Virus record (IMG/VR): IMGVR_UViG_3300021185_002518
Coordinates: 5,749-69,748 of that record
DNA length: 64,000 nt
Origin: a virus
Reading direction: 5' to 3' (one strand)
In this document: positions 27,901 through 36,990 of the stretch, one piece after another
Numbering within the stretch: the first letter of the stretch is position 1
How the letters are laid out: each line of letters begins with the position of its first letter
Notes under the pieces: generated by a model
The model's input: only the letters and a program-made list of their open reading frames with translations
What the model was told of the DNA's origin: nothing
Database searches by the model: none
Position numbers and translations under genes: made by a program

Positions 27901-30900
27901 CTTAATAGATACTGCACCAAATTTTGGAGACGGAAGTCCTGGTAATTACTTGCAAGCAATATGGGGTGGTGGTATATTTAATGATCCTGTCAATGGTGTT
28001 ACTGTTGAAATGGAAGGTAACTATGATCTTGTTAGCGAAGACCCTTTGAGCGCAAGTCCAGGACCAAACTTTGGCTACGGTTACGATGATACTCTTGATT
28101 ATAGAATTAAACATGAAAACCAATGGAAACCTACTCATGGTTTAAATGCAAGTCAAACTGATGAAATTGAAGATTTTATTAAAAAATTAGCAAAAAATTC
28201 AAAGTTTAAGTTCGCAAGTAATGACGATGAAATATTTACTATTCTTGGTAACCCTATAATTAAAAAAGTATATAACCACACGGCTTGGAATAGAGACTAT
28301 GACTATAAAAATGGTACTTCTTTTGAAGAGGTTGATAGTGTAGAAAAAGCTGCCTTAGCTTGGGCTAACGACAAAACACAAGCAAAGCTTGACGCATTTA
28401 AAGATAAAATCGTGGACTTTGGTAGAGCAAGTAACAGAAGACTTGTTTATATATTTCCTATAAACAAAAACCCTTTAACGCTTGGTGGTATAGACAACTC
28501 TAATTTTGATGCTACTAATGGATTAGATATAAATTTTATAACAGCTGATTCTAGTGAGGTGTTAAACGAAGTTGTAAGAGGCTCTGCGATATGGGAAACA
28601 GAACCAAAAAAAGATAACAAGTTAGAAATTTACTATGAAGCTAGTGACGCTTACCCTACAGAGTTAACTACAGATACAAACATTGATTTTGCTCCACCTG
28701 GTAGTTTTGTAGAGTTTATTGATATTCCTGAAGCTAAAAATGGACAAGTGCTTGTAGATAAAAAATTTATCCTTGGAGCTTGGAACGGAAAAAATAGATT
28801 TGTACTAACAACTAGTAAAACTTCAACAACTGCTAGTGGTGCTAACAAGTTTGACGATGCTAATAATGTTATAGATTATAAAGGTGGTCTAGTTAGGTTT
28901 TATAGAAGAGGCGGTGGTTATACAACAGCTAGAATTAGCTCTGACCCTATAGCTGCAGCTGGAGAAACTTTTACTGAAACGGACCCAGTAACTGGTCAAG
29001 TTTATGTATACACTGCTTCTCCAGAATATTATAACCAGTTTTATATAGAAAAAGATATAGACATTTCTCTAGACACTGGTTTAAATTGGTACAATTGTTT
29101 TTCTTTTGGTAATGGTATTGAGTCAAATAGAATTAGAGATGATTTTAACAACCCTACTATTAGCAATGGTGTTAAAGCATCTATAGTTTTAGAAACAGAT
29201 TACAAAGAAGAAAATAGAAAATCAGGATTAATATTCTCAGGTATTTATAATTCAAACTCTGGCGTTAACAATTTGAATCAGTTTATAATGGCTGAAAATA
29301 TCACTAAAGATCTAAATCCTACTTATGGTAGTATACAAAAGCTATTTCAAAGAAGAATAAGCTTAGTTGCTTTTTGTGAAGATAGAGTTGTTAGTATAAC
29401 GTCTAATAAAGATGCATTATTTAACGCAGACGGTAACTCTCAGTTAGTAGCTACAAATGCTGTCTTAGGTGATGCTACTCCTTTTGTTGGTGACTTTGGT
29501 ATATCTAAAAACCCAGAGTCTTTTGCTAAAGATTCTTATAGAGCTTATTTTGCAGATAAACAAAGAGGTGCGGTACTTAGGTTATCTATGGACGGTATAA
29601 CACCTATTTCAGAAGCTGGAATGGACGATTACTTTAGAGATAATTTAAAATTATCAGGAGAAATTATTGGTAGTTTTGATGCTTATGATAAAAATTATAA
29701 TATTACATTTTCTGGTTTAAAACCAACACAAAGTCTTGTTTTAAATAGTTTTATTGATACTGGTGATGAAAATACTACTCTATCTACTCCTACTTCAATA
29801 ATAACAGATCCACATATTAATTCGTTAACACCTATTACTCTTCCAACACCTCTTGATATAAATAATGGTAATTCAGAGTTAAATAATAGATATTTACAAT
29901 TTAAAACAAACATAACAAATTATGATGAGATAGCTGCAGGTAGCATACAGGCGGAAACATCAACAACAACAACAACGGGTGGTGATCCAACAGTTTTTAC
30001 TACTAGTGCGAATTTAATAGCACAGCTTCAGCTTGATGACCAAGGAGCTGGTTTTCCTTTTATGCTAAACGGTTTTGGTTATGGTGTAAATAAAAAATAC
30101 CAAGTAGGAAGAACTTACACTTCTGATTACACTTTAGCTAGCACTTTAACTGGTGCAATGTTTCCACAAGAAGTAAATCTTGGAATAGCAGCTTCTAAAA
30201 CTGGTAATTGGTATACTGGAGAGGTTAACAACTCTACTCCAACTAACGTTGGTACTTCAGGAGATATTTTTTGGAATCCAATTCGTAACGGTTACGGCAT
30301 GCAAAATGCACCTCTTAATTCAATACTAGATTGGATGCGTGTTTCGTACAACAATGGAAATCAAAATATTACTAATGGCAGTTGGTTCCCGTCGAATCAA
30401 GCACCTTGGTTCCACACAACTTCAGGCACTGCTAGTGGAAAAGGAATTTGTTTTGATGGTACTGATACCACGCAGTTTCTAGCACTTCCTGGAGCTAAAG
30501 CTAATAGTGTTGATGATGTTACTCCAACTCCTGTTTTAACCAAATACTCTGGGGCTGTTCCTACAACAGTGTTTAACGGTGAAGAAATAGAAATTATAAT
30601 TGGTGCTAGAAACCATAGCTATGTATTGCCTTACCCACAAAATGGTGCTATTGGAGAACAAGATTCTGGCACTTCTTCTGATTATCATAGGTATTTAACA
30701 ATACAACTTTATGATGGTAACACAGCTTTGACAGACTCAGTACTTATGGACCCTAGTAATTTACAAGGATCAATAACTCAAGGTTATGCTGACTATCAAT
30801 ACGTACCAGCGCCTAATGGAGCTGGAGCAGATGAGTGTAAAATAGGTTTTCAAACAACAGCTGGCGTAGATTTCCCACTACTAACGCATAATTCAACTAG

Positions 30901-33217
30901 ATCACACCAGATTTGTTTTAAATTTACAAATGGTGTTGATGAAAACGAAGAGATAGTTGTTCAAGATCTGCAAGTTAGAATAAGATTTGCAGGTGGTACC
31001 GACCCCAATAAACTTTACGGTGGAGTTGATGCTTTTTTTATTAAAAAACAACATTATTTATCTGATGTCTCTACTCCTTTAGTAACTACCACGACACTAA
31101 ACGGTGATGCACAGCCACCATTAACAATACCTCCTTTTGTTGAAGTTGATCATAATCATTATCCTTATTGGGCACTACAAGACGCAGCTGGAAACGTTTT
31201 AGATGAAGACCCTTTTGCTGAGGTTGCTTTAGGTTATTATGGGCCTAATCACATAGCGGATTCAGTTACCGAAACTAATAATGATGGTGTGACTAACACA
31301 TGGCCTGTTCCTCCTAGTGGTGTTGTAAGCAACGGTACTACTTTTTATGATGATGGTACTGGTGGTAACGGTATGCATACAACTGGCACGAAAACAACAA
31401 ATGATAAATTTGCGTGGAACGGTGGTAGCGTAGATAATTACTTAATACAAAGTAACACGACAACAAATGGCAACTGGTATGCAATAGCTTTGATGAGAGT
31501 GGGAGTACCAACTGGTGATGTTCCAGTTTTAGAAGGGTACAATGTTAACTTTGAGCTCACACAAGTTCCTTACGAGTTTGTAGAAGGCAACACTTTGTAC
31601 GATGCTTACTTTTGTATATTTGAAGGTGACGACACTATAGCTGAAATAAAAATAAAACTACCTGCTAACGCTGATTTTACAATGTCTACTATTAACATGA
31701 TAGATATAAGCGAAACATGGTCACCAGCAATCACTAATCAAATGACTCATTGGACTACAAATATAGGTTATGCTGGAAACCCAGTTCCACAAAATTTTTA
31801 TGACAAACCAAAGCTTTATGGAGAGGCGTCAAGCGGTATAATATTTGACTCGCCCGTGCCTGGCAACTACATTAGTGTTCGTCAAAATCATGGTGGTAAT
31901 TTTACTGACACCATTAATGGTTGGTTATTACAATTTACTGTATCTAACCACACTAGTGGTACATTAAGTTTTCACATAACAGATGCTAATGGTAATGGTA
32001 TTTCTGGGAATGACGTAATTGATAGGAATGGTTCTTATAGAATTTATTTTGAAGACTTTACTAGCACATACGACGTTCTTATAGATGAAGGCTCTGGTTA
32101 TGCAGCAGTACACACAACTAGCCCTCTTTCTGGATCTTCATATCCAAACTTAATTTGGTTTGCTGACAACGGAGGTATTGAATGTACTGTTAAGTCTATT
32201 TTGCTGACAGACCAAACTCAGACTTTTTCTGGTGGATCTGCTGATAACTTTACTTTTAGTGGTTTTAATGAATTAGTTGATGGTTATATTATTTTTAACG
32301 CAGCAAACCAAAACATTGAGTTTGTTAACGCGCCTATAACGGATTTAGATCAAGTTCAGGTTCAACAAGCTATTACACAAACTACATACGCTGGACAGTT
32401 TTTTAGAGTTCTATTTGAGCATAGTATAACACAGGGAGCTATAAACGGTTATTACTTCAACGATGATGGGTTAGGGTTTAGGTTTGGAACTATAAGCGCG
32501 CCAACATTTCAACAAACTTACAACACTTTGCATACTATAGGAGAAGCAACGTGGGCAGCTGGAGAATTAAAAAACACTTTTGTAATCTTTGTAGAGCAAG
32601 ATCAAACTAGTGGAACTATTGATAATATAATATTTAGACAAGAGTTTAGTTTTCTTGATGAAAATGGTAATGATATGTCAAGCACAATATCTTTTAGCGA
32701 AAGCGTTAGAGGTTGGGTTAGTAGAAAATCATTTGTGCCTGAGCAAGGTGTTAGTTTATCTAGTGATTACTTTACTTTTAAAAACGGTGGTATTTTTAAA
32801 CACAACGAGGAGATAATAGATATTAATAGTGGTGATGATACAAATAGAAATACTTTCTATGGCACGCCGTATCTTTCAACAGTAACTACAGTTTTAAATA
32901 CCGAACCTTCTGTTATAAAGTCTTTTAATACTATTAAATACGAAGGATCACAATCCAAGGTAGAAGCTGGTAACCCTGCTGTTTTAATAACAAATCCAGA
33001 TTTAACCGTTAGCTCTTACAGTACGCTAGAAACTTACAACCAGTACGATAAAGCTGGGTGGAGTGTAGAGTATATAAAAACAGACAAACAAGAAGGTAGT
33101 GTAAAAGAGTTTATAGAAAAAGAAGGTAAATGGTTTAATTACATTAGTGGTAATGAAGAAATAAAAACAAGCGATTTAAGTTTTCAAGGACTAGGAATTG
33201 TAAAAGAAATACAATAA
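24950..33217 (+). CDS. tail stabilisation/muzzle protein (2755 aa, large insertions)
   Basis: F..GK.N.DLDER..PNGEYIDA.N start, LFWTDG.NEPRKIN, GISKNPESF, KEGKWFNYI. Confidence 0.78.
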   Translation: MPEIKNTFVGGKINQDLDERIVPNGEYIDAMNIKVNSSDDSSVGTVQNILGNSRADIIVPQDYLCIATIADEKNNKLYWFVTKQLPTPINAILQYDLNEIGSAAKIVLIDKNNSTLKFTTKIITGINIIDNLLFWTDGVNEPRKINIDDCIEGTKISNPSVQDLDTSTHTRLVVNGVDKGDIKEKHITVIKTAPRVAPLTTLLPNYAKPAVLFEKVFPRFSYRYKYKDGEYSSFGPFTDVIFNPIYKDEYNNDNAYSIEEGNNAGMVNNIKAISFKGFRHAKMVPNVVQVELLYKEEGSSVIFSVKKINYDDYEWSQNSFVLESQDIFAAIPENQLLRPWDNVPTKALAQEVTGNRIVYGNYTQGEDLISSDGTKAVSSVEADYEQRDTEYTLNDDFSLGGINSLKSQREYNVGIVWGDKYGRETPVNENVGSVAIPWFNEDTGYLTASSSTSLKLNVNGKKPAWADYYKFFVKENSGEYYNILMEKAYSTEKVNFFDKTDEKIWLGFVSSDRNKITDQEYIILKKQIGTNEGQIPLENKFKVFDVQNEAPDAIKYRHVDMGRVVKGTTGSANYFDDIFTEALFRPDEETDMLYIDRAEWVNGVGGSLQQSADNKEMWVETLYTSWKDTVTGKSSEKYRIISSVFNATGEYMLKLDRKISTDDAAIALDSSGDLNADLEFLIEKREEVELEEFTGKFFVQISSLSSVQPSLTDEELNANHMQVATQKLFWFYDDSDNTVNELFGNVSIPNPEPAFANAVGGVSGDLTNTHTDYSSLMGQFGNINKGFFVDNLYMAGGQVHDANYAKSTGRSWMGKHDQHAVTPTWGLLLRDGDVFDITTTNDEVYGWGYGFFYGHINPSLPDPSSPHFGKKFPLVDLLQGGGNFAHGNGLNANWVQGQKLRQNPSTQKMVNSIEGFVTTTNAYSSINGSATAYRRWRKPGFTNDFGNYFDGDPEETYGTENGVHYMQISFMAPGEDLVGTIDSNLIDTAPNFGDGSPGNYLQAIWGGGIFNDPVNGVTVEMEGNYDLVSEDPLSASPGPNFGYGYDDTLDYRIKHENQWKPTHGLNASQTDEIEDFIKKLAKNSKFKFASNDDEIFTILGNPIIKKVYNHTAWNRDYDYKNGTSFEEVDSVEKAALAWANDKTQAKLDAFKDKIVDFGRASNRRLVYIFPINKNPLTLGGIDNSNFDATNGLDINFITADSSEVLNEVVRGSAIWETEPKKDNKLEIYYEASDAYPTELTTDTNIDFAPPGSFVEFIDIPEAKNGQVLVDKKFILGAWNGKNRFVLTTSKTSTTASGANKFDDANNVIDYKGGLVRFYRRGGGYTTARISSDPIAAAGETFTETDPVTGQVYVYTASPEYYNQFYIEKDIDISLDTGLNWYNCFSFGNGIESNRIRDDFNNPTISNGVKASIVLETDYKEENRKSGLIFSGIYNSNSGVNNLNQFIMAENITKDLNPTYGSIQKLFQRRISLVAFCEDRVVSITSNKDALFNADGNSQLVATNAVLGDATPFVGDFGISKNPESFAKDSYRAYFADKQRGAVLRLSMDGITPISEAGMDDYFRDNLKLSGEIIGSFDAYDKNYNITFSGLKPTQSLVLNSFIDTGDENTTLSTPTSIITDPHINSLTPITLPTPLDINNGNSELNNRYLQFKTNITNYDEIAAGSIQAETSTTTTTGGDPTVFTTSANLIAQLQLDDQGAGFPFMLNGFGYGVNKKYQVGRTYTSDYTLASTLTGAMFPQEVNLGIAASKTGNWYTGEVNNSTPTNVGTSGDIFWNPIRNGYGMQNAPLNSILDWMRVSYNNGNQNITNGSWFPSNQAPWFHTTSGTASGKGICFDGTDTTQFLALPGAKANSVDDVTPTPVLTKYSGAVPTTVFNGEEIEIIIGARNHSYVLPYPQNGAIGEQDSGTSSDYHRYLTIQLYDGNTALTDSVLMDPSNLQGSITQGYADYQYVPAPNGAGADECKIGFQTTAGVDFPLLTHNSTRSHQICFKFTNGVDENEEIVVQDLQVRIRFAGGTDPNKLYGGVDAFFIKKQHYLSDVSTPLVTTTTLNGDAQPPLTIPPFVEVDHNHYPYWALQDAAGNVLDEDPFAEVALGYYGPNHIADSVTETNNDGVTNTWPVPPSGVVSNGTTFYDDGTGGNGMHTTGTKTTNDKFAWNGGSVDNYLIQSNTTTNGNWYAIALMRVGVPTGDVPVLEGYNVNFELTQVPYEFVEGNTLYDAYFCIFEGDDTIAEIKIKLPANADFTMSTINMIDISETWSPAITNQMTHWTTNIGYAGNPVPQNFYDKPKLYGEASSGIIFDSPVPGNYISVRQNHGGNFTDTINGWLLQFTVSNHTSGTLSFHITDANGNGISGNDVIDRNGSYRIYFEDFTSTYDVLIDEGSGYAAVHTTSPLSGSSYPNLIWFADNGGIECTVKSILLTDQTQTFSGGSADNFTFSGFNELVDGYIIFNAANQNIEFVNAPITDLDQVQVQQAITQTTYAGQFFRVLFEHSITQGAINGYYFNDDGLGFRFGTISAPTFQQTYNTLHTIGEATWAAGELKNTFVIFVEQDQTSGTIDNIIFRQEFSFLDENGNDMSSTISFSESVRGWVSRKSFVPEQGVSLSSDYFTFKNGGIFKHNEEIIDINSGDDTNRNTFYGTPYLSTVTTVLNTEPSVIKSFNTIKYEGSQSKVEAGNPAVLITNPDLTVSSYSTLETYNQYDKAGWSVEYIKTDKQEGSVKEFIEKEGKWFNYISGNEEIKTSDLSFQGLGIVKEIQ

Positions 33218-33218
33218 C

Positions 33219-34475
33219 ATGGAAAAGAAATTAATTAAAAAAGTATCTATAAATAGAGCTAACATGCTAGATTCCGGAGAGAGTAGAGAGCTAGTTGTTT
33301 TTGGAGATGTTGGTGCTGAATTCAATGTTAATGTTATAAAAATAAATGGCAACTTAAAAGAAAGTTATTATAATTTTGTGACAAACACATTTACAGAGGC
33401 TTTTGTTGCTGCTAATAACCTACACGTTACATTAGATGGTGATAGGTTTTCTAGGGTAATTATTTTTCCAGCTGACACAAGTGGAGATGTGTATAGCATA
33501 AAAACCATAGCAAAAGAACCAACTACAAAGCTTAGAAACAATAGTTTTGTTGATACAAAAACAATAAATCAAGTTGGTCAAACTATAATTGCATTTCAGG
33601 TGCCTGATGACTTTAACTCAGATAGTAAACTTACAGCGCTTCCAAACGCTGTTCAAAGTACTGGATCCACAGCTTTGTCATCAACAGTTACAGTTCCCAT
33701 AGAGTGGACGTTTACAAACACAAGTAGTGACACAAAAGGATTTGGGCTGCGACTACCAGGTACGCCAGTTTCAAACGAATTTATTATACCTGATAACTAC
33801 TGGTATTCTCAACAGGTGGTTGTAGTAGATGGCAATCATGTTAGTGTTACCGAGATTACAGTAGATTCTATTGGCAATACTGTTGCCGGCATGGAGTTAG
33901 ATGGTGTTTTAGCTGCAGGAGGAGGTAAAATATTTGTAACATCTATTTCTGGTACTACTATAACATTTAGCTCTGTAGTATCAGCTAACAATAATGATCA
34001 GTTAAAACTTAAGGCTTACGGTCCAAATCTTATAAAAAGTATTTTTGGTCAAGAAGTTGAGTTTAGTAATTTTATAGCTAAAGGTGTGCCTTTAGAAAAA
34101 CAAGTTAGAACAGAGACAACATTTCCACTGTCCACAGGTAATGTTACATTAAATCTTAACGGAACATATGGTGTTGGTGGAGGTGGTCATGTTAGATTAG
34201 AAGGCTTTAACATGAACAATAGTGCAAACAATAATTTAATAACAACTGTTACAGCTAGCTCAACGGCCGGTAGTGTTGTTATAAACTACGCTGGTGGTGG
34301 CGATGACATTACTAAAGTAAATGTTATACCCGTTGGAACAAAGTTAAATGTAATAGGTTCTCATCAAGTAATAACTGTTACCGGTAACGTTAAGATAAAA
34401 AAATATCCTGACGCTAACGCTAAAGTAGTTTTAGACATGACGCAAATTATAACCGCTGGTACAGCTGATGAATAA
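33219..34475 (+). CDS. putative virion structural protein
   Basis: beta-rich 418 aa in tail module. Confidence 0.65.
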   Translation: MEKKLIKKVSINRANMLDSGESRELVVFGDVGAEFNVNVIKINGNLKESYYNFVTNTFTEAFVAANNLHVTLDGDRFSRVIIFPADTSGDVYSIKTIAKEPTTKLRNNSFVDTKTINQVGQTIIAFQVPDDFNSDSKLTALPNAVQSTGSTALSSTVTVPIEWTFTNTSSDTKGFGLRLPGTPVSNEFIIPDNYWYSQQVVVVDGNHVSVTEITVDSIGNTVAGMELDGVLAAGGGKIFVTSISGTTITFSSVVSANNNDQLKLKAYGPNLIKSIFGQEVEFSNFIAKGVPLEKQVRTETTFPLSTGNVTLNLNGTYGVGGGGHVRLEGFNMNNSANNNLITTVTASSTAGSVVINYAGGGDDITKVNVIPVGTKLNVIGSHQVITVTGNVKIKKYPDANAKVVLDMTQIITAGTADE

Positions 34476-34481
34476 TAAAAT

Positions 34482-34805
34482 ATGAAAATAATATTAAAAA
34501 GTAATTTACAAAACTCCTCTCTACAAGTTCATGATAAAGCATGGAAAAGTGTTCCTGATGCAAATGGTTTTGGTAGTGAAAAAGTACTTATTGGAGAAAT
34601 AACAGAAGTAGGGATTAATTATATCAAAATTGATAGCCCTCTTACGTCTGTAGACCCAGACGATTTTATAATGTTTAACAAAGATAACAAGGTGAATAAA
34701 AACAGCCTTGTTGGTTACTACGCTGAGGTTAAGTTTGAGAATAATTCTAATAGCAAAGCTGAATTGTTTTCAATAGGTTCTGAGATAACTGAAAGTAGTA
34801 AATAA
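34482..34805 (+). CDS. small tail-associated protein
   Basis: GYYAEVKFEN...ELFSIGSE..ESSK. Confidence 0.6.
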   Translation: MKIILKSNLQNSSLQVHDKAWKSVPDANGFGSEKVLIGEITEVGINYIKIDSPLTSVDPDDFIMFNKDNKVNKNSLVGYYAEVKFENNSNSKAELFSIGSEITESSK

Positions 34806-34832
34806 CACTTAAAAAATGTAACTATAATAGAT

Positions 34833-35537
34833 ATGAATAACAAAATAAAGAAAAAAAGTCCAGTTAAAAATTTATTTACAGCTTTAGGTACTGCTTTAGG
34901 TGCAGGCGCTACTTTTGCAACTCCAGTTGGTATAGGAGTTACTTTAGCTGGTTATGCAATGTATAAAGCTGGAAAGAAAGATAAAAGATTAAAAGGGCAG
35001 CTTAGCAGCGCTCAAGCTGATTTTGACGAAAGACTCAAGCAGTACGAAGAAATGAAATTCCAACCAATCGACCCTAGCATAGCAGATCAAGAAAATATAT
35101 TTGAAGATATGGAAATTGATACTACTTCTTATGAATTACAGCGTAAAGCTTTTTTGCAACAACAAGCAAACATACTACAAAGTTTACAATCAGTTGGTGG
35201 TTCTTCTGGCGCTGCTAGTTTAGCTACAGCATTAAGCAGAAGCGCTGAACAACAGTCGGAACAAGCAGTGATGACTACTGCTCAAATGATAAATAGACAA
35301 AAAGAATTAAAATTACAAGAACAAGGTAGAATAAACCAAGCAGTTACAAACATAGAGCTTGCTAACGCTGAAGGAGCTAGACAATTTGAGTTAGATAAAC
35401 TATCAACATTGTTAGGTGTTGAAGGTCAAAAGATAGCAGGTATTAGAGGTGATATAGCTGGTAGAAGACAAATGTATGGGCAAATAGCGTCAGGCGTTGG
35501 CTCGGTAGTTGGTGCTTCTATAGGTAAAATGGGATAA
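34833..35537 (+). CDS. internal virion/ejection protein 1
   Basis: Gly/Ala hydrophobic termini, Q-rich coiled coil; position. Confidence 0.6.
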   Translation: MNNKIKKKSPVKNLFTALGTALGAGATFATPVGIGVTLAGYAMYKAGKKDKRLKGQLSSAQADFDERLKQYEEMKFQPIDPSIADQENIFEDMEIDTTSYELQRKAFLQQQANILQSLQSVGGSSGAASLATALSRSAEQQSEQAVMTTAQMINRQKELKLQEQGRINQAVTNIELANAEGARQFELDKLSTLLGVEGQKIAGIRGDIAGRRQMYGQIASGVGSVVGASIGKMG

Positions 35538-35550
35538 TAAAAATAATAAT

Positions 35551-36987
35551 ATGGCAGCCAATCAAACAATAATAAACGCAGCGGGTGCGGCATACAAACC
35601 TGTAAAAGGCCAATACGACATATCTGGCTTTGTAAACGGTATAGCTAGTGTAGCTAACGGACTTGTTACGAGACAGAAGTCAATAGCAAAAAGACAGTCT
35701 TCTGCAAATAAAGTATATGTAAAAACTGACAACGCAACTTTGCAGACTAGAGTAGCAGGTATTACAAATCAGTTTAAAAACTTTAACATTAATGAAAAAC
35801 AAATGCAAAGTGAGATACTTAGAGTAAAAGAAGACAACGCCACTATAAACAGAATAAACAAATTGTTAGTCAATGTAAACAAAGAAGGTCTAGCACTTAA
35901 CGGTGGGCCAATTGAAGAAGCTTGGTATTTAGGTGTAAAAGACGGTTCTCTTACAGATGGTGCACAAGTTAGGATTAATACAAAATCTGGTTCAATTCTT
36001 AAAAGTACATTTTATGAATATGATGAAAATGGAGTTTTATTAATGTTGGCTCCTAGCGGAGAAATGCTACCTGCAACCGAAGTAGAGGCTATAGTAGAGC
36101 AAATGCCAACAAGAAAACTTAAAGAGAAATTTAACTCAAAAATGAGAGATTGGCAAAACGATAATTATGGTATTGGTAAAGAATCTCAATGGGGAGCTAA
36201 AAAAACCTCATTTGTTGGATCAGTAATACAAGATATTTTTAAAGATGGTCAAGCCAAATCAACGATGTACACTTCTCTTATTGACAACATGTCAGGTTTT
36301 GATGTTACAAACGGTAACAATGTAACTAAGAACTTTAATTGGCACGATTGGTATTTAGATCCAAAAAATAACGCTTTAACTGCAGATCAAAAAGCTGAGT
36401 ATGATAGAATTTTAAATGGCTATGACGAAGATGTTCGCGATAGAGCTAAAGGTATAGTTTTAAAAGAAATAATGGACGGAGATAAAAGCCTAATGACTGA
36501 CGTTAAGAAATTTATAAATCAAATCGCTGATTACAAAAAACCTGAAGAGGGCGTTAGTCCTATACCTATTATATCAGAAAAAACCGCAAGATCAGGCTTT
36601 CAAGTAAAAGGCGAGTTAAACAAGTCAGACGCTGAAGATCTTGCAATTATTGGTTCTTTAGAACAATCTATTGTTGATGTTAAAAAAATGGAAACTAGTG
36701 TTGATATAGGCGGAGTTGCTTCTACAGCTAAGGGTGGTAAAATAGAACTTGTTAGAGGTGCTGATGATGAAGGTAAAGAAACGTATTACTTTAGACACGA
36801 TACTGCAGGTAAAAAAGATAGAGATGGAAATATTATAGAAACAAGATTGTCGGCTCCTTTTCTTTTACGCGAAATTAGTGATGAAGGTTACAAAAAACTT
36901 ATGCTAAAAGTTATACAAGAAGCTGGCGTGAGGTTTGGTGGTGACGGTTCAATATACAAACAATATGAAACACATATAACAAAGTAA
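35551..36987 (+). CDS. internal virion/ejection protein 2
   Basis: 478 aa; position before the giant protein. Confidence 0.55.
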   Translation: MAANQTIINAAGAAYKPVKGQYDISGFVNGIASVANGLVTRQKSIAKRQSSANKVYVKTDNATLQTRVAGITNQFKNFNINEKQMQSEILRVKEDNATINRINKLLVNVNKEGLALNGGPIEEAWYLGVKDGSLTDGAQVRINTKSGSILKSTFYEYDENGVLLMLAPSGEMLPATEVEAIVEQMPTRKLKEKFNSKMRDWQNDNYGIGKESQWGAKKTSFVGSVIQDIFKDGQAKSTMYTSLIDNMSGFDVTNGNNVTKNFNWHDWYLDPKNNALTADQKAEYDRILNGYDEDVRDRAKGIVLKEIMDGDKSLMTDVKKFINQIADYKKPEEGVSPIPIISEKTARSGFQVKGELNKSDAEDLAIIGSLEQSIVDVKKMETSVDIGGVASTAKGGKIELVRGADDEGKETYYFRHDTAGKKDRDGNIIETRLSAPFLLREISDEGYKKLMLKVIQEAGVRFGGDGSIYKQYETHITK

Positions 36988-36990
36988 TAA

